This document shows positions 1-8,839 of a stretch of DNA of 64,000 nucleotides, one piece after another; the first letter of the stretch is position 1, and each line of letters opens with the position of its first letter. The notes below the pieces were generated by a model. That model searched no databases. It saw only the letters and a program-made list of their open reading frames with translations, and was not told the origin of the DNA. This stretch comes from an uncultured Desulfobacterales bacterium (GTDB lineage Bacteria; Desulfobacterota; Desulfobacteria; Desulfobacterales; JAHEIW01): assembly GCA_947259495.1 (NCBI GenBank), contig CAMYLV010000014.1:13761-77760 (forward strand). The letters run 5' to 3'. The translations under genes were made by a program, and so were the position numbers.

Positions 1-1533
1 TGAAGACGCCGATCCGCTTGAGGGGTGAATTGCAAAACCAGATGAATTTTCTGCCCGCAACACGTGCAAACCAGTCGGTGTCTAAATTCACCGCACGCAT
101 TTCCGGCGGATAATATCCGGAAAGAACCAGCACGGTAAAGGCCAGCGCACCGAACATCAGCAACTGGAGCATGCCGACAACGTGAAAAGCCGTATAAGGC
201 ACATAATGAACAGCATGCGGTAAAATGCGATAAAGCGGTTGCGGATAGATCCCCAAAAAAATACAGATAAAGGCAGCGATTCCCATGGCAAGGCGCATAT
301 TGATCGGCGGTTCTTTAGCGCGAATGCCGGAATCGTGGCCGAAAAAAACAAAAAAAGGAACTTTGATTCCAGCATGATGGAAAACACCTGCGGAGGCGAA
401 CATCAGCATAAGCCAGATGATGGTCAGATGCTCTTCGGCGGCAGCGGCAACCGTCATCGACTTGCTGACAAATCCACTGAAAAGCGGGAACGCCGAAATG
501 GAAGCAGCCCCGATCATGCAGCAGATTGCCGTGAATGGCATGGTTTTATGAAGCCCACCGAGATCGGTTGCCCGGATTCTGCCGGTCATATGAAGCACCG
601 CCCCCGTTGACATAAACAGCAACGCCTTGTAGATGATGTGGCTGAAGGCATGGGCGACCACCCCGTTTATAGCCAGCTGGGTTCCGATCCCGATTCCGCA
701 TACCATAAAGCCCACCTGATTGATGAGGCTGTAGGCCAGCACACGTCGTATATCATTCACAATAACCGCGTAGAAGATGGGAAAACAGGTCATAAAGGCG
801 CCGGCCCAGATTAACAGCTCGGTGCCCGGAAAGGTTCGTGCCAGAATATAAACAGCGCTTTTGGTGGTCAGGGCACTCATAAATACGGCACCGGTGACGG
901 TGGCCCGGGGATAGGCGTCCGGCAGCCAGGCGTGCAGCGGAAAAACGGCTGCATTCAAACAAAATCCGGTAAAAATAAGAATGGACGCCCCATCGTTCAG
1001 GCCGATATAAGCAAATTCCGGGGTGCCGCGATTCATCACATATAGAATGATTCCGGCCAGCAAACATAGACCACCGAAAAAATGCCAGGTAAAATACCGG
1101 AAAGCGGCGGCGGAAGATGTTGAAATTTTGCGCGCCAGGATTAAAAACACCGAAGCAATCGCCAATATTTCCCAGAATATGTAAAGCGAGAAAAGATCTC
1201 CGGCAAAAGTGACCCCCAAGGCGCCACCGGCGTACATCAAACTGGCCATGTGCTGAGAATCATCCTTGATATTCAGCGCATAAAGGATGCCGATGAAGGT
1301 GATCAGAACGAACACATAGCCAAAAGCCATGCTCAGCTTGTCGACCCTGCCGAAAATCAGATCATAACTGAGAAATTCGACAATCCAGTACCTACCTGCG
1401 GGCATATAGAGCAGATTCAGGAAAGCAAGGGTCGGCAGCACGAGCAGATAAGCCTTTTTGAGTCTCCCCTTTAAAAAAGGAACCAGAAGCGCTCCGGCGA
1501 TGAGAATCGCAGCCGGCGGCACCGTTTTAATCA
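1..1533 (-). CDS. NuoM/N-MrpD-family antiporter-like subunit (third paralogue in operon); C-terminus runs off the window
   Basis: Absent from the ORF track because there is no stop in the window. My translation from the ATG at 1533 gives MIKTVPPAAILIAGALLVPF...FPLHAWLPDAYPRATVTGAVFMSALTTKSAVY...VAHAFSHIIYKALLFM, typical of MrpD/NuoN. The start overlaps the upstream small ORF. Confidence 0.85.
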
Positions 1534-1775
1534 TAGTAATCTTCCTTTCGTTTCACCAGCCACCGCAGCCCCTTGGCGATAAATATTAAGCTGACGCAAC
1601 CGATAAATCCGTAAACCGCGTAAAACCCGTAGGCCTCCTCCCATGGAAAATGGCCATGTTTGGGAGTGAAAAACTCAATGACCAGAAGTATGAGCAATGA
1701 AATATAAAAGTATTTCCTGACTCTGGCTCTATTTTTGGGTGAGTCCAAAAGTGTAATTTCACGTTGCGTTTTCAT
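1527..1775 (-). CDS. small membrane protein (82 aa), unknown function, within the mrp operon
   Basis: ORF with two hydrophobic helices. Its 3' end overlaps the start of the next gene by 7 nt, suggesting translational coupling. Confidence 0.5.
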   Translation of the reverse strand: MKTQREITLLDSPKNRARVRKYFYISLLILLVIEFFTPKHGHFPWEEAYGFYAVYGFIGCVSLIFIAKGLRWLVKRKEDYYD

Positions 1776-1786
1776 AGCGGATGTCC

Positions 1787-1972
1787 TTAATGAAAAATAA
1801 ATGCCAGGTAAAGCACGCCGGCCAAAACCAGAAGGTAGAACACCTTTTTATAAGCCGGACTGCCTTCGTGCACGAGGACCATTTTTTCCACGACATTATT
1901 GAATCGTGCCGTAATTTCCCCATCATCCTGTCTGTAGACGAATGCTTCTCCTTTTTTTTCAATCTTTCCCAT
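1787..1972 (-). CDS. small membrane protein (61 aa), unknown function
   Basis: ORF MGKIEKKGEAFVYRQDDG... with a C-terminal hydrophobic helix, packed tightly between operon genes. Confidence 0.4.
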   Translation of the reverse strand: MGKIEKKGEAFVYRQDDGEITARFNNVVEKMVLVHEGSPAYKKVFYLLVLAGVLYLAFIFH

Positions 1973-1996
1973 TTAAGCCTCTCATGTGATTACTTC

Positions 1997-2025
1997 AATC
2001 TTGCATGAAAATTAATGAGAAGTTG
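1997..2025 (+). repeat. short dispersed motif AATCTTGCATGAAAATTAATGAGAAGTTG (family R2), copy a
   Basis: Near-identical strings occur at 20203-20240, 35133-35162 and, reversed, at 10710-10755. Confidence 0.7.
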
Positions 2026-2027
2026 TA

Positions 2028-3569
2028 TTAAAATAGATTTTTAACAGCCATTTCAGCCAGACCCAGCAGATGAAATGCATCCGGGAAGAAGAAGAAAATC
2101 ACTGAAAAAAGGGCCGTCAGCGCCAGGGGCACGATCATGAAGAGATACAAGGGTCTTTCCATTTCCAGAAATCGAATTTTACCGCCGTCGGCCACGGAAG
2201 CTTCGGCGGGGGTATCGAAAAAGGCGGTTTTAACGATCGGAAAAAAATAGACAACATCCAGCAAAGAACTGGCCAGGATGACGATCAGAAAAATAATAGC
2301 TCCGGCCTGGATGGTTCCTAAGCCGAGAAACCATTTGCTGATGAAACCGGACACGGGCGGTGCCCCGCACATACCGAGGGCACCAATGGTAAACGCCAGC
2401 ATGGTCACCGGCATTTGTTTGCCGACGCCGGCCATTTGGCTGATTTCTTTTTTGCCGGTTACCACCATGATAGCCCCGGCGCAGAGAAAGAGGGTGATTT
2501 TCATAAATCCATGAAACGGAATGTGGACCATGGCGCCCTTGATGCCGAAAGGACTCAACAGGGCCACACCGAAAAGAATATACGACAATTGACTGATCGT
2601 GGAGTATGCCAGCCGACGCTTCAGATTGTCTTCGCCGATGGCAAAAAATGACCCCAGGATCATCGTTATGGAGGCAACGGCTCCCAGCCAAAGGCCGATG
2701 CCGAGTTCGCCGATCAACTCGATTCCAAACACATGACATACAATTCTGACAAATCCGAACACCCCCGCTTTGACAACTGCGACGGCGTGCAACAATGCGC
2801 TGACCGGGGTTGGCGCCACCATCGCACTGGGAAGCACCGGGGTTGGCGCCACCATCGCACTGGGAAGCCAGGAATGAAAAGGCATCCAGGCCGCTTTTAT
2901 GGAGCCCAAAGCGAAAAGAACGAACAATACAATGAGGGTCGATCCGGAAGCTGAAGCAGAGCCTAAAATCCCCCCATCGGCAAAGCGTGTCGTTCCGGTA
3001 ATCGCGTATGTCAGCACCACCGCCGCAAACAGAAACCAGCCCGAGGAGAGCAAATATACGAGGTATTTGCGGGTGGCGGCGAATGCTTCTTTGTCTTCAT
3101 GATGCGCCACCAGCCAATAGGTTGACAGGGTAAGGGCTGCATAAAAAATATAAAAAGTAACCAGATTTTCAGACAGGGCAATACTGACCGCAGAAAAAAT
3201 GGCCAGGGCAAACATAAAATAATAGCGCGTTTGAGCATGTTCTTCTAATGATCGCATGTAGCCGATGGAATACAGCGAAACCAGTATCCACAGGAAAGAA
3301 GAGGTGATGGCAAAAATCAGGCCGAATGCATCCACCCGATATCCCAGCTCGATGCCGGCTCCGATATCGATGATACGGAAGGTAAGGAAACCCCCTTCCA
3401 AGATGGCCGGTGCCATTGAGATAATAATCGCAAATTGAATTACCGCGGCAAGGATGGTGGTGCCTTCCCGGATATTGGCATGTTTGCGCAGTAAAAAAAT
3501 TCCAGGCGCCGCAATCATCGGACAGATAACGGCCAGCAACGGCTTAATGGATGGTACCATTTCCGTCAT
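2028..3569 (-). CDS. NuoL/MrpA-type antiporter-like subunit (513 aa)
   Basis: [29 protein letters not shown] is the NuoL/MrpA signature. The protein is polytopic. Its ATGA start overlaps the upstream gene. It carries a 33-bp in-frame duplication. Confidence 0.9.
   Translation of the reverse strand: [513 protein letters not shown]
2803..2868. repeat. perfect 33-bp tandem duplication inside the coding sequence
   Basis: accggggttggcgccaccatcgcactgggaagc occurs twice back to back (2803-2835 and 2836-2868). This yields [22 protein letters not shown]. Confidence 0.95.
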
Positions 3570-5065
3570 CGGGACCCCAAACCGAATGTTGAATTTACTG
3601 CATCAAGAACAGGCGTGATGATTCCGGTCATCCAAACAATACCGACCGCAAACGTTAGGCCCCCAAAAATAAGACTCGGGATCAGCATGCTCAACGGGGC
3701 CTCGGCAATCTGGAGATCCGATGGGTTGCTAACCGGTGTTGTGCGTATATAAATGATCTCAATCAATCGCCAAAAGTAGACGATCATCAGCAGAGTGCTG
3801 ACAAAGATAAAAATAAGGAACGGGTACTTTTGGGCATCGAGTATTGCCAGAATAAGATACCATTTGGTGACAAACCCCGCACTGGGCGGCATTCCAATCA
3901 TCGCCAGAATGGCTAACAAAAGCGCAAAACAGGTGAAAGGCATTCGCCGGCCGAGACCTGCAAATTTTCGAATATCCCATAAATCGAATTTATAAATAAA
4001 CGCACAGGCAGCCATGAACATACAGGCTTTGATCACGGCATGATTCAATATATGTATCAGTGCCGGGCTTAAACCCTGCGTGCAAAACGGCGCCAAACCG
4101 ATGGCCAACACGATATATCCGACATTAGCAATGCTCGAATAGGCCAGCATTTTCTTGAAATTATTTTGAACGATGGCAAAGATGGATCCGGCGATCATGG
4201 CGATGGCGGCCATCCAGCACAGAATGTCGAATACCGGCAGAAAGCCTTTGATAAAATCCAGAGTGAAAACCGAGAAGATCACCCGGATGAGCGCATAGAC
4301 GGATGTTTTGGCCACCGCCGTGGATATGATCACGCTCACCGCCGAAGGGGCATAGGTATAGGCATCCGGCTGCCAGGTGTGCAGAGGAAACAGGGCGATT
4401 TTAATTCCGAATCCGATAAAGATAAATACGAAAGCGGCTTGAATGACTTTGGTCTCATACAGAGGCGGAAGAATCATGCGCAGATCTGCCATGTTTAGCG
4501 ATCCCGTCATGATATACAGATAGCCGATACCGATCAGATAAAAGCTGGCGCCGATGGTTCCAATGATCAGATACCTTATGCTGGCAAACCTTGCGCGTCC
4601 TTTACCAATGGCGACCAGCGAATATCCGGTAAGGGATGCAACCTCCAGCAGCACAAAAAGATTAAACAGATCTCCGGTAACAATGATTCCCAGGATTCCG
4701 GTATTCAGCAGGAGGTAAAGACACCAGAACAGTGCGACAGACCCCGGCATCTCGGCTTCGACGGTTCTTTTGGCGTAAATGGCGGTAAACAGGCAAAGCG
4801 AGGATACCAGTACCAGCATAAAGGCATTGAGGTGGTCCACATAGTATTCGATACCCCACGGGGGCTCCCAGCCTCCCAGCCAGTAATGGATGGCACCTCC
4901 GGTAGTCACCGACTTAAGAATACCAATGGAAAGCAAAACGCAGCAGATCAGAGCGCCGATTGCCAGGGGAAAGCCAGCCCGCTGCACCCACCACCCCGAA
5001 AAAAATATGAAAAAAGACACGACAAGCGGAAGGACAACAATAATGGCTGGTAACTGGTGGCTCAT
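3566..5065 (-). CDS. MrpD/NuoM-N-family antiporter-like subunit (499 aa)
   Basis: FPLHTWQPDAYTYAPSAVSVIISTAVAKTSVY motif, about 14 predicted TM helices, and a stop that overlaps the next start. Confidence 0.9.
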   Translation of the reverse strand: MSHQLPAIIVVLPLVVSFFIFFSGWWVQRAGFPLAIGALICCVLLSIGILKSVTTGGAIHYWLGGWEPPWGIEYYVDHLNAFMLVLVSSLCLFTAIYAKRTVEAEMPGSVALFWCLYLLLNTGILGIIVTGDLFNLFVLLEVASLTGYSLVAIGKGRARFASIRYLIIGTIGASFYLIGIGYLYIMTGSLNMADLRMILPPLYETKVIQAAFVFIFIGFGIKIALFPLHTWQPDAYTYAPSAVSVIISTAVAKTSVYALIRVIFSVFTLDFIKGFLPVFDILCWMAAIAMIAGSIFAIVQNNFKKMLAYSSIANVGYIVLAIGLAPFCTQGLSPALIHILNHAVIKACMFMAACAFIYKFDLWDIRKFAGLGRRMPFTCFALLLAILAMIGMPPSAGFVTKWYLILAILDAQKYPFLIFIFVSTLLMIVYFWRLIEIIYIRTTPVSNPSDLQIAEAPLSMLIPSLIFGGLTFAVGIVWMTGIITPVLDAVNSTFGLGSR

Positions 5066-5083
5066 ATCTTCATCACATCGATA

Positions 5084-5566
5084 TCACGTGCTGAACAAAT
5101 TCTGCATGTCCGGATGATTCTGAATTGCCTGTCGAAACTGACCCGTGCGATAATCGAGTCGCTTTTTAATGATCACCAAAAGTCGCTGGTACATGCGCAA
5201 TCCCATCTCCGGATCCTGCCCAAAAAGTTTTTGTATCCTGTCTCTTTTAAAAGAGTAAATTTCAGATGGCTCCACGCAGACGGCATCGACGGTATATAAA
5301 CCGTCCTCGCTCATTGCCGACCAGCCGAAAGAATACCCGGGTTTAATGGACCCAATGCATGCTGTAACCTTGTCGGAAATTCTTTGCTCCAGCAGTACAT
5401 TGCCCGATCTCATCATGTAGAATCGTTCAGCGGGATCATTCTCTCGGAATAGTATTTCGTCGCGATCGAATTTCAAAATATCGATAATTTGAGCTAAATT
5501 ATCCAGCATGGGATCCGTCAGGTAAGTCAGCATGACGATTTGTTTTAAATCTTCTTTGGTTATCAT
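5084..5566 (-). CDS. cyclic-nucleotide-binding-like domain protein embedded in the mrp operon
   Basis: A beta-roll-like sequence ...ILFRENDPAERFYMMRSGNVLLEQ...GYSFGWSAM.... GGAGGA lies 6 nt before the ATG at 5566. The longer ORF from 5587 overlaps the mrpC stop as ATGA. Confidence 0.7.
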   Translation of the reverse strand: MITKEDLKQIVMLTYLTDPMLDNLAQIIDILKFDRDEILFRENDPAERFYMMRSGNVLLEQRISDKVTACIGSIKPGYSFGWSAMSEDGLYTVDAVCVEPSEIYSFKRDRIQKLFGQDPEMGLRMYQRLLVIIKKRLDYRTGQFRQAIQNHPDMQNLFST

Positions 5567-5583
5567 CCCCTGTCCTCCATGAA

Positions 5584-5979
5584 TCATTCATCCTTCAGCT
5601 GGGCCAGAATTTCATCCTCTTCAAGCGTTTGGTATTGTTGGAATACCTTAATCACGAGTGCCAGTGCGACCCCCAGGGTTGCCACGGCTACGACAATCGC
5701 GGTAAGCATCAGCACATGCGGCAGCGGATTAATATAATCTGTCGCCTGGATAGCGTGGCTTTCAGCTGCATGGCCGTGTATGATAATGGGTATGGTGGCC
5801 TTATTTTTGGCACCCAGAGATATAAAGAATAAAATGACAGCGGTTTGAAGTATGTTCATCCCGATAATTTTTTTCACCAGGTTTTTCTTGGCAATCATGG
5901 CATACAGGCCGATCATCATCAGCACAATGTAGATCCAGTAATTTAACTTGGACATGATAATCGAGATCAGCTCGTTCAC
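5584..5979 (-). CDS. mrpC: Mrp subunit C (NuoK-like)
   Basis: 131 aa with three TM helices, and the NLVKKIIGMNILQTAVILFFISLG motif typical of MnhC/NuoK. Confidence 0.85.
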   Translation of the reverse strand: MNELISIIMSKLNYWIYIVLMMIGLYAMIAKKNLVKKIIGMNILQTAVILFFISLGAKNKATIPIIIHGHAAESHAIQATDYINPLPHVLMLTAIVVAVATLGVALALVIKVFQQYQTLEEDEILAQLKDE

Positions 5980-5981
5980 CT

Positions 5982-6812
5982 TTATAATCCCTCGTCATGC
6001 CTACCTGCCGAAGCCAGGTTATAGTAAAGATGGACCATGACCGCCATCACACAGATACCGACTCCAATTTCCACCATTAAGATCCCATGGGATCTTGCCG
6101 TGACCGGGTCCACGCCGAAAATCTTTGATAATGCGCCATAATCCAGATAGTTTGATCCCAAAAAGATACTCAAGGCCCCGGTTCCAGCATAGATGAAAAC
6201 CCCAAGACCACAAAGCAGAACGGCAAACTTTTCACTGATGCGGGTAAAACTCGATCGCAGGTTGTGGGATATGGCAAACAAAATTATCGAAGCGCCCAGG
6301 ATGACGCCGCCCTGAAATCCGCCGCCCGGACTGTGATGACCGTGGGCAATGACATACAGGGCAAATATCTGGCTGAATGGAACGATGAGACGCGCGCTGG
6401 TTTTGATAATCAAATCATAAGGGACCCACATCAGATCGATTCTCTCAAATTCCCTGGACTCCCGGGGGGGCTCGGCCCCTTTTGCGATACGAAGGGTGAT
6501 CCCGGTGGGAATGTGTCGATACAGCTGCGTTTCGGGTTCAATCCGTTTGAAAATCCGCAGCAGGAAGAGGCAGGCAACGCCGGCGGAAAAAATGACAATG
6601 GTTTCAAACATCGTATCGTATCCCCGGTAATCCGCCAGTACGGCCGTGACAATATTGGGGACCGAGGTTTCCTCCATGGTGCGTTCGATATAACGGGGCG
6701 ACACATGCATACTGGCCGGTGCCTGCGGATCACCCCAGGAAGGAAAGTCCAGAGTACAATAAATCAGAAGACCCCCGAACAGAAGCACAATGAATATGGC
6801 CAGTGTCTTCAA
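5982..6812 (-). CDS. mrpB: Mrp subunit B (MnhB domain)
   Basis: NIVTAVLADYRGYDTMFETIVIF and HGHHSPGGGFQGGVILG motifs. I place the start at the TTG at 6812, which is preceded by AAGGAGG and overlaps the upstream TGA. The Arg/His-rich N-terminus of the 342-aa ORF is discarded. Confidence 0.75.
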   Translation of the reverse strand: MKTLAIFIVLLFGGLLIYCTLDFPSWGDPQAPASMHVSPRYIERTMEETSVPNIVTAVLADYRGYDTMFETIVIFSAGVACLFLLRIFKRIEPETQLYRHIPTGITLRIAKGAEPPRESREFERIDLMWVPYDLIIKTSARLIVPFSQIFALYVIAHGHHSPGGGFQGGVILGASIILFAISHNLRSSFTRISEKFAVLLCGLGVFIYAGTGALSIFLGSNYLDYGALSKIFGVDPVTARSHGILMVEIGVGICVMAVMVHLYYNLASAGRHDEGL

Positions 6813-7054
6813 TCTTTTGTCCTCCTTGAGGTGCGAAAAACCGTCGCAACGAAAAGCACGGTGCTGATGCCGGCACCAACGGAAGCTTCGGTAAAAGCCA
6901 CATCGACCGCCCCCATGATGGCCCACAGCAGGCACATCATAAAGCTGTAGGCGCCGAAAAGTATGGCGGCTCCCAGCAGGTCTTTGACCGTGATGGCGCC
7001 GATGCCGCAAATGATAACGATCAATAAAACCACGAGTTCAATCTGCCAGATCAT
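6809..7054 (-). CDS. DUF4040 / MbhD-like subunit (equivalent to the MrpA C-terminal domain)
   Basis: 81 aa with AVDVAFTEASVGAGISTVLF, matching the (A)PDVALTEAAVGAG motif of DUF4040. Confidence 0.75.
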   Translation of the reverse strand: MIWQIELVVLLIVIICGIGAITVKDLLGAAILFGAYSFMMCLLWAIMGAVDVAFTEASVGAGISTVLFVATVFRTSRRTKD

Positions 7055-7371
7055 GATTGATCTTCCTTTGTCCAGGGTTTGAGACCGGCCCGCACCCCGG
7101 CGTCCACAATGGCATGCGTGGCTGTCGGGCTGGTGATATAAACGATAATAACGATTAAAACGATCTTGGTTGCCGTTAAAAAATTATGTAAAGAGAAATC
7201 TTGAAGCACAAACACGGCAATCGCCGACAACGTCAGCAACTGACCGGCGGTATCCAGTTTTCCGGCCGGATGCAGCCGGGAGTAAAAATCGGGCAATCGC
7301 AGAATACCGATAGAGCCGCCCGTAAAAAAAGCCAGACCGCTGAACAAAAGAATCATCACAATAATTTTCAT
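7051..7371 (-). CDS. mrpG: Mrp subunit G
   Basis: GSIGILRLPDFYSRLHPAGKLDTAG is the MnhG signature. Confidence 0.85.
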   Translation of the reverse strand: MKIIVMILLFSGLAFFTGGSIGILRLPDFYSRLHPAGKLDTAGQLLTLSAIAVFVLQDFSLHNFLTATKIVLIVIIVYITSPTATHAIVDAGVRAGLKPWTKEDQS

Positions 7372-7411
7372 TGATTCTGCCTCCTTGCCGCCTTACCGCC
7401 TTGTTTGATGA

Positions 7412-7699
7412 TCAAACAGGTGGTTTTTCCTCAAATAAGCCCCTTTTTTTCTGGAAATAACGTGAAGCCGCCAGCACGGCAATAAAGTTCAGCAATGCAT
7501 ACGCCAGTGCGATATCAACAAACATGTCCACCCGACCGTAGATCAAACCGACCAGTACCAGCAGGACAGTTGTTTTACTGCCGATGGCATTCACGCCGAT
7601 GAGGCGATCCAGAACGGTCGGACCGAAAATCGCCCGGTAAAGGGACAGCAACATAATCAGGCTCAGGTAGAAGCCACTGTAATAGAATACGGTGTCCAT
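7412..7699 (-). CDS. mrpF: Mrp subunit F
   Basis: 95 aa with three TM helices and the MnhF-like sequence YRAIFGPTVLDRLIGVNAIG. Confidence 0.8.
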   Translation of the reverse strand: MDTVFYYSGFYLSLIMLLSLYRAIFGPTVLDRLIGVNAIGSKTTVLLVLVGLIYGRVDMFVDIALAYALLNFIAVLAASRYFQKKRGLFEEKPPV

Positions 7700-7706
7700 T
7701 ATTTGC

Positions 7707-8270
7707 TTATTCTGGGAAGACCTTGACTATTTTTGATTCCATGTCACCTGGAAGGGCTTGACCGGATTTGTCGTCAATGCAATGAACCGAAAACCGACCC
7801 AGCACCGTCACATTCACGGTAATCGTACCGGGGGTCAGGGTGATGGAGTTGGCAAAAGTCGTACGCGCGTAATCGCTTTTTAACTCACTATCAAACTCGA
7901 TGATCTGTGGGTTGATGAGTTCCATCATCTTAGGATGGAACACCAGATACATGACGTGTAGGTTTGCTAAAAATATCTGGTAAATCAGCCAGGGGATGTA
8001 TGCGAACAGCCGAATCCACAGCCTGAATATGCCCCGGGGCTCGTGTGAGGTAAACATCAGATCGCCCGAAAAGGCGGCCACGATGGCACTGGATATGAGG
8101 CCCAAGGTGATGTGAAATCCATCGAATCTGCCGGAGAATATGATCCATACTACAAACAGAATCACAAACGAAAGAATAAAGGTGGCACCAAACCGTTTGG
8201 CCCTTGATGTTTTGGAAGGGTTCTCTTCAGAAGGGGCATTTCTTGAGGTTGGTTGAAAATCTTTTCCCAA
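7707..8270 (-). CDS. mrpE: Mrp subunit E
   Basis: ANSITLTPGTITVNV is the MnhE motif. It is the first gene of the operon. Confidence 0.8.
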   Translation of the reverse strand: MGKDFQPTSRNAPSEENPSKTSRAKRFGATFILSFVILFVVWIIFSGRFDGFHITLGLISSAIVAAFSGDLMFTSHEPRGIFRLWIRLFAYIPWLIYQIFLANLHVMYLVFHPKMMELINPQIIEFDSELKSDYARTTFANSITLTPGTITVNVTVLGRFSVHCIDDKSGQALPGDMESKIVKVFPE

Positions 8271-8610
8271 GCTTATCCTCCCTTAAGGCACAATAAGTTT
8301 TCAAAAATACAAGCAGGCCTTTGGACTGCGAGATGTGGCAATGAAAAGAAGATTTGAATTCATGTGCGCGTGGCGAAATAGGGGCTGTAAATGAGCGTCA
8401 GCGATTCGGGTTTCTAATTATGAATAGCATCAAATAACAATCTGATAGGAACAGGGGCTAATCGGCTATGAGCGTGAATTAAAAGTGCCTTCAGGTTCAC
8501 AGGCATATTCAGCACCTGATCAGGATTACCACGCAGTGTCATACTACAAAACCGAATAAAATCTTGTCAACTGCTTATTTTATAGTTTTATTGACTGCCG
8601 TGCTGGGATT

Positions 8611-8839
8611 CTCAACTTAGGCCGTTCCCAAATTGGGCGTTCCAAATTTTAAAAAGGAGTCATTTTGTTTTATATTCAATGAATTCTATCGATCTATATT
8701 TTTAAAATTTGGAACCTTACAGGATTGCCGATCTTACCGCATCTACGGCGTCAGATACTGTCCCGCATAGGCAACTATAGTGGAACGGAATCTTCCTTGC
8801 AGCTACGGCAACCTCGACAATCGCTCAACTTAGGCCGTT
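8611..8839 (+). repeat. MITE-like structured repeat (family R3), copy A
   Basis: Shares a 59-nt core with 48929-49178 (55/59 identical): ggattgccgatcttaccgcatctac.gcgt.agat.ctgtcccgcatag.caactatag. It has an internal 16-bp hairpin, cgttccaaattttaaaa / ttttaaaatttggaac. It is bounded by the direct repeat ctcaacttaggccgtt (8611-8626 and 8824-8839). Confidence 0.8.

Noticed and set aside
2230-2739. Several 100-230-aa ORFs lie inside or antisense to large genes: 2230-2739, 6264-6950, 11574-12242, 41961-42524, 43644-44198, 50590-51105, 52221-52736, 57389-57895, 61005-61619 and 62941-63489.
   Set aside because: All fully overlap genes with strong family signatures. Their compositions are Arg/Gly/His/Pro-rich, as is typical of shadow frames, and they lack an RBS.
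5982-7010. A 342-aa version of MrpB with an Arg/His-rich N-terminus.
   Set aside because: The first approximately 66 codons overlap the well-supported DUF4040 gene in another frame and look like translated antisense or out-of-frame sequence. An AAGGAGG-TTG start at 6812 fits the operon coupling.
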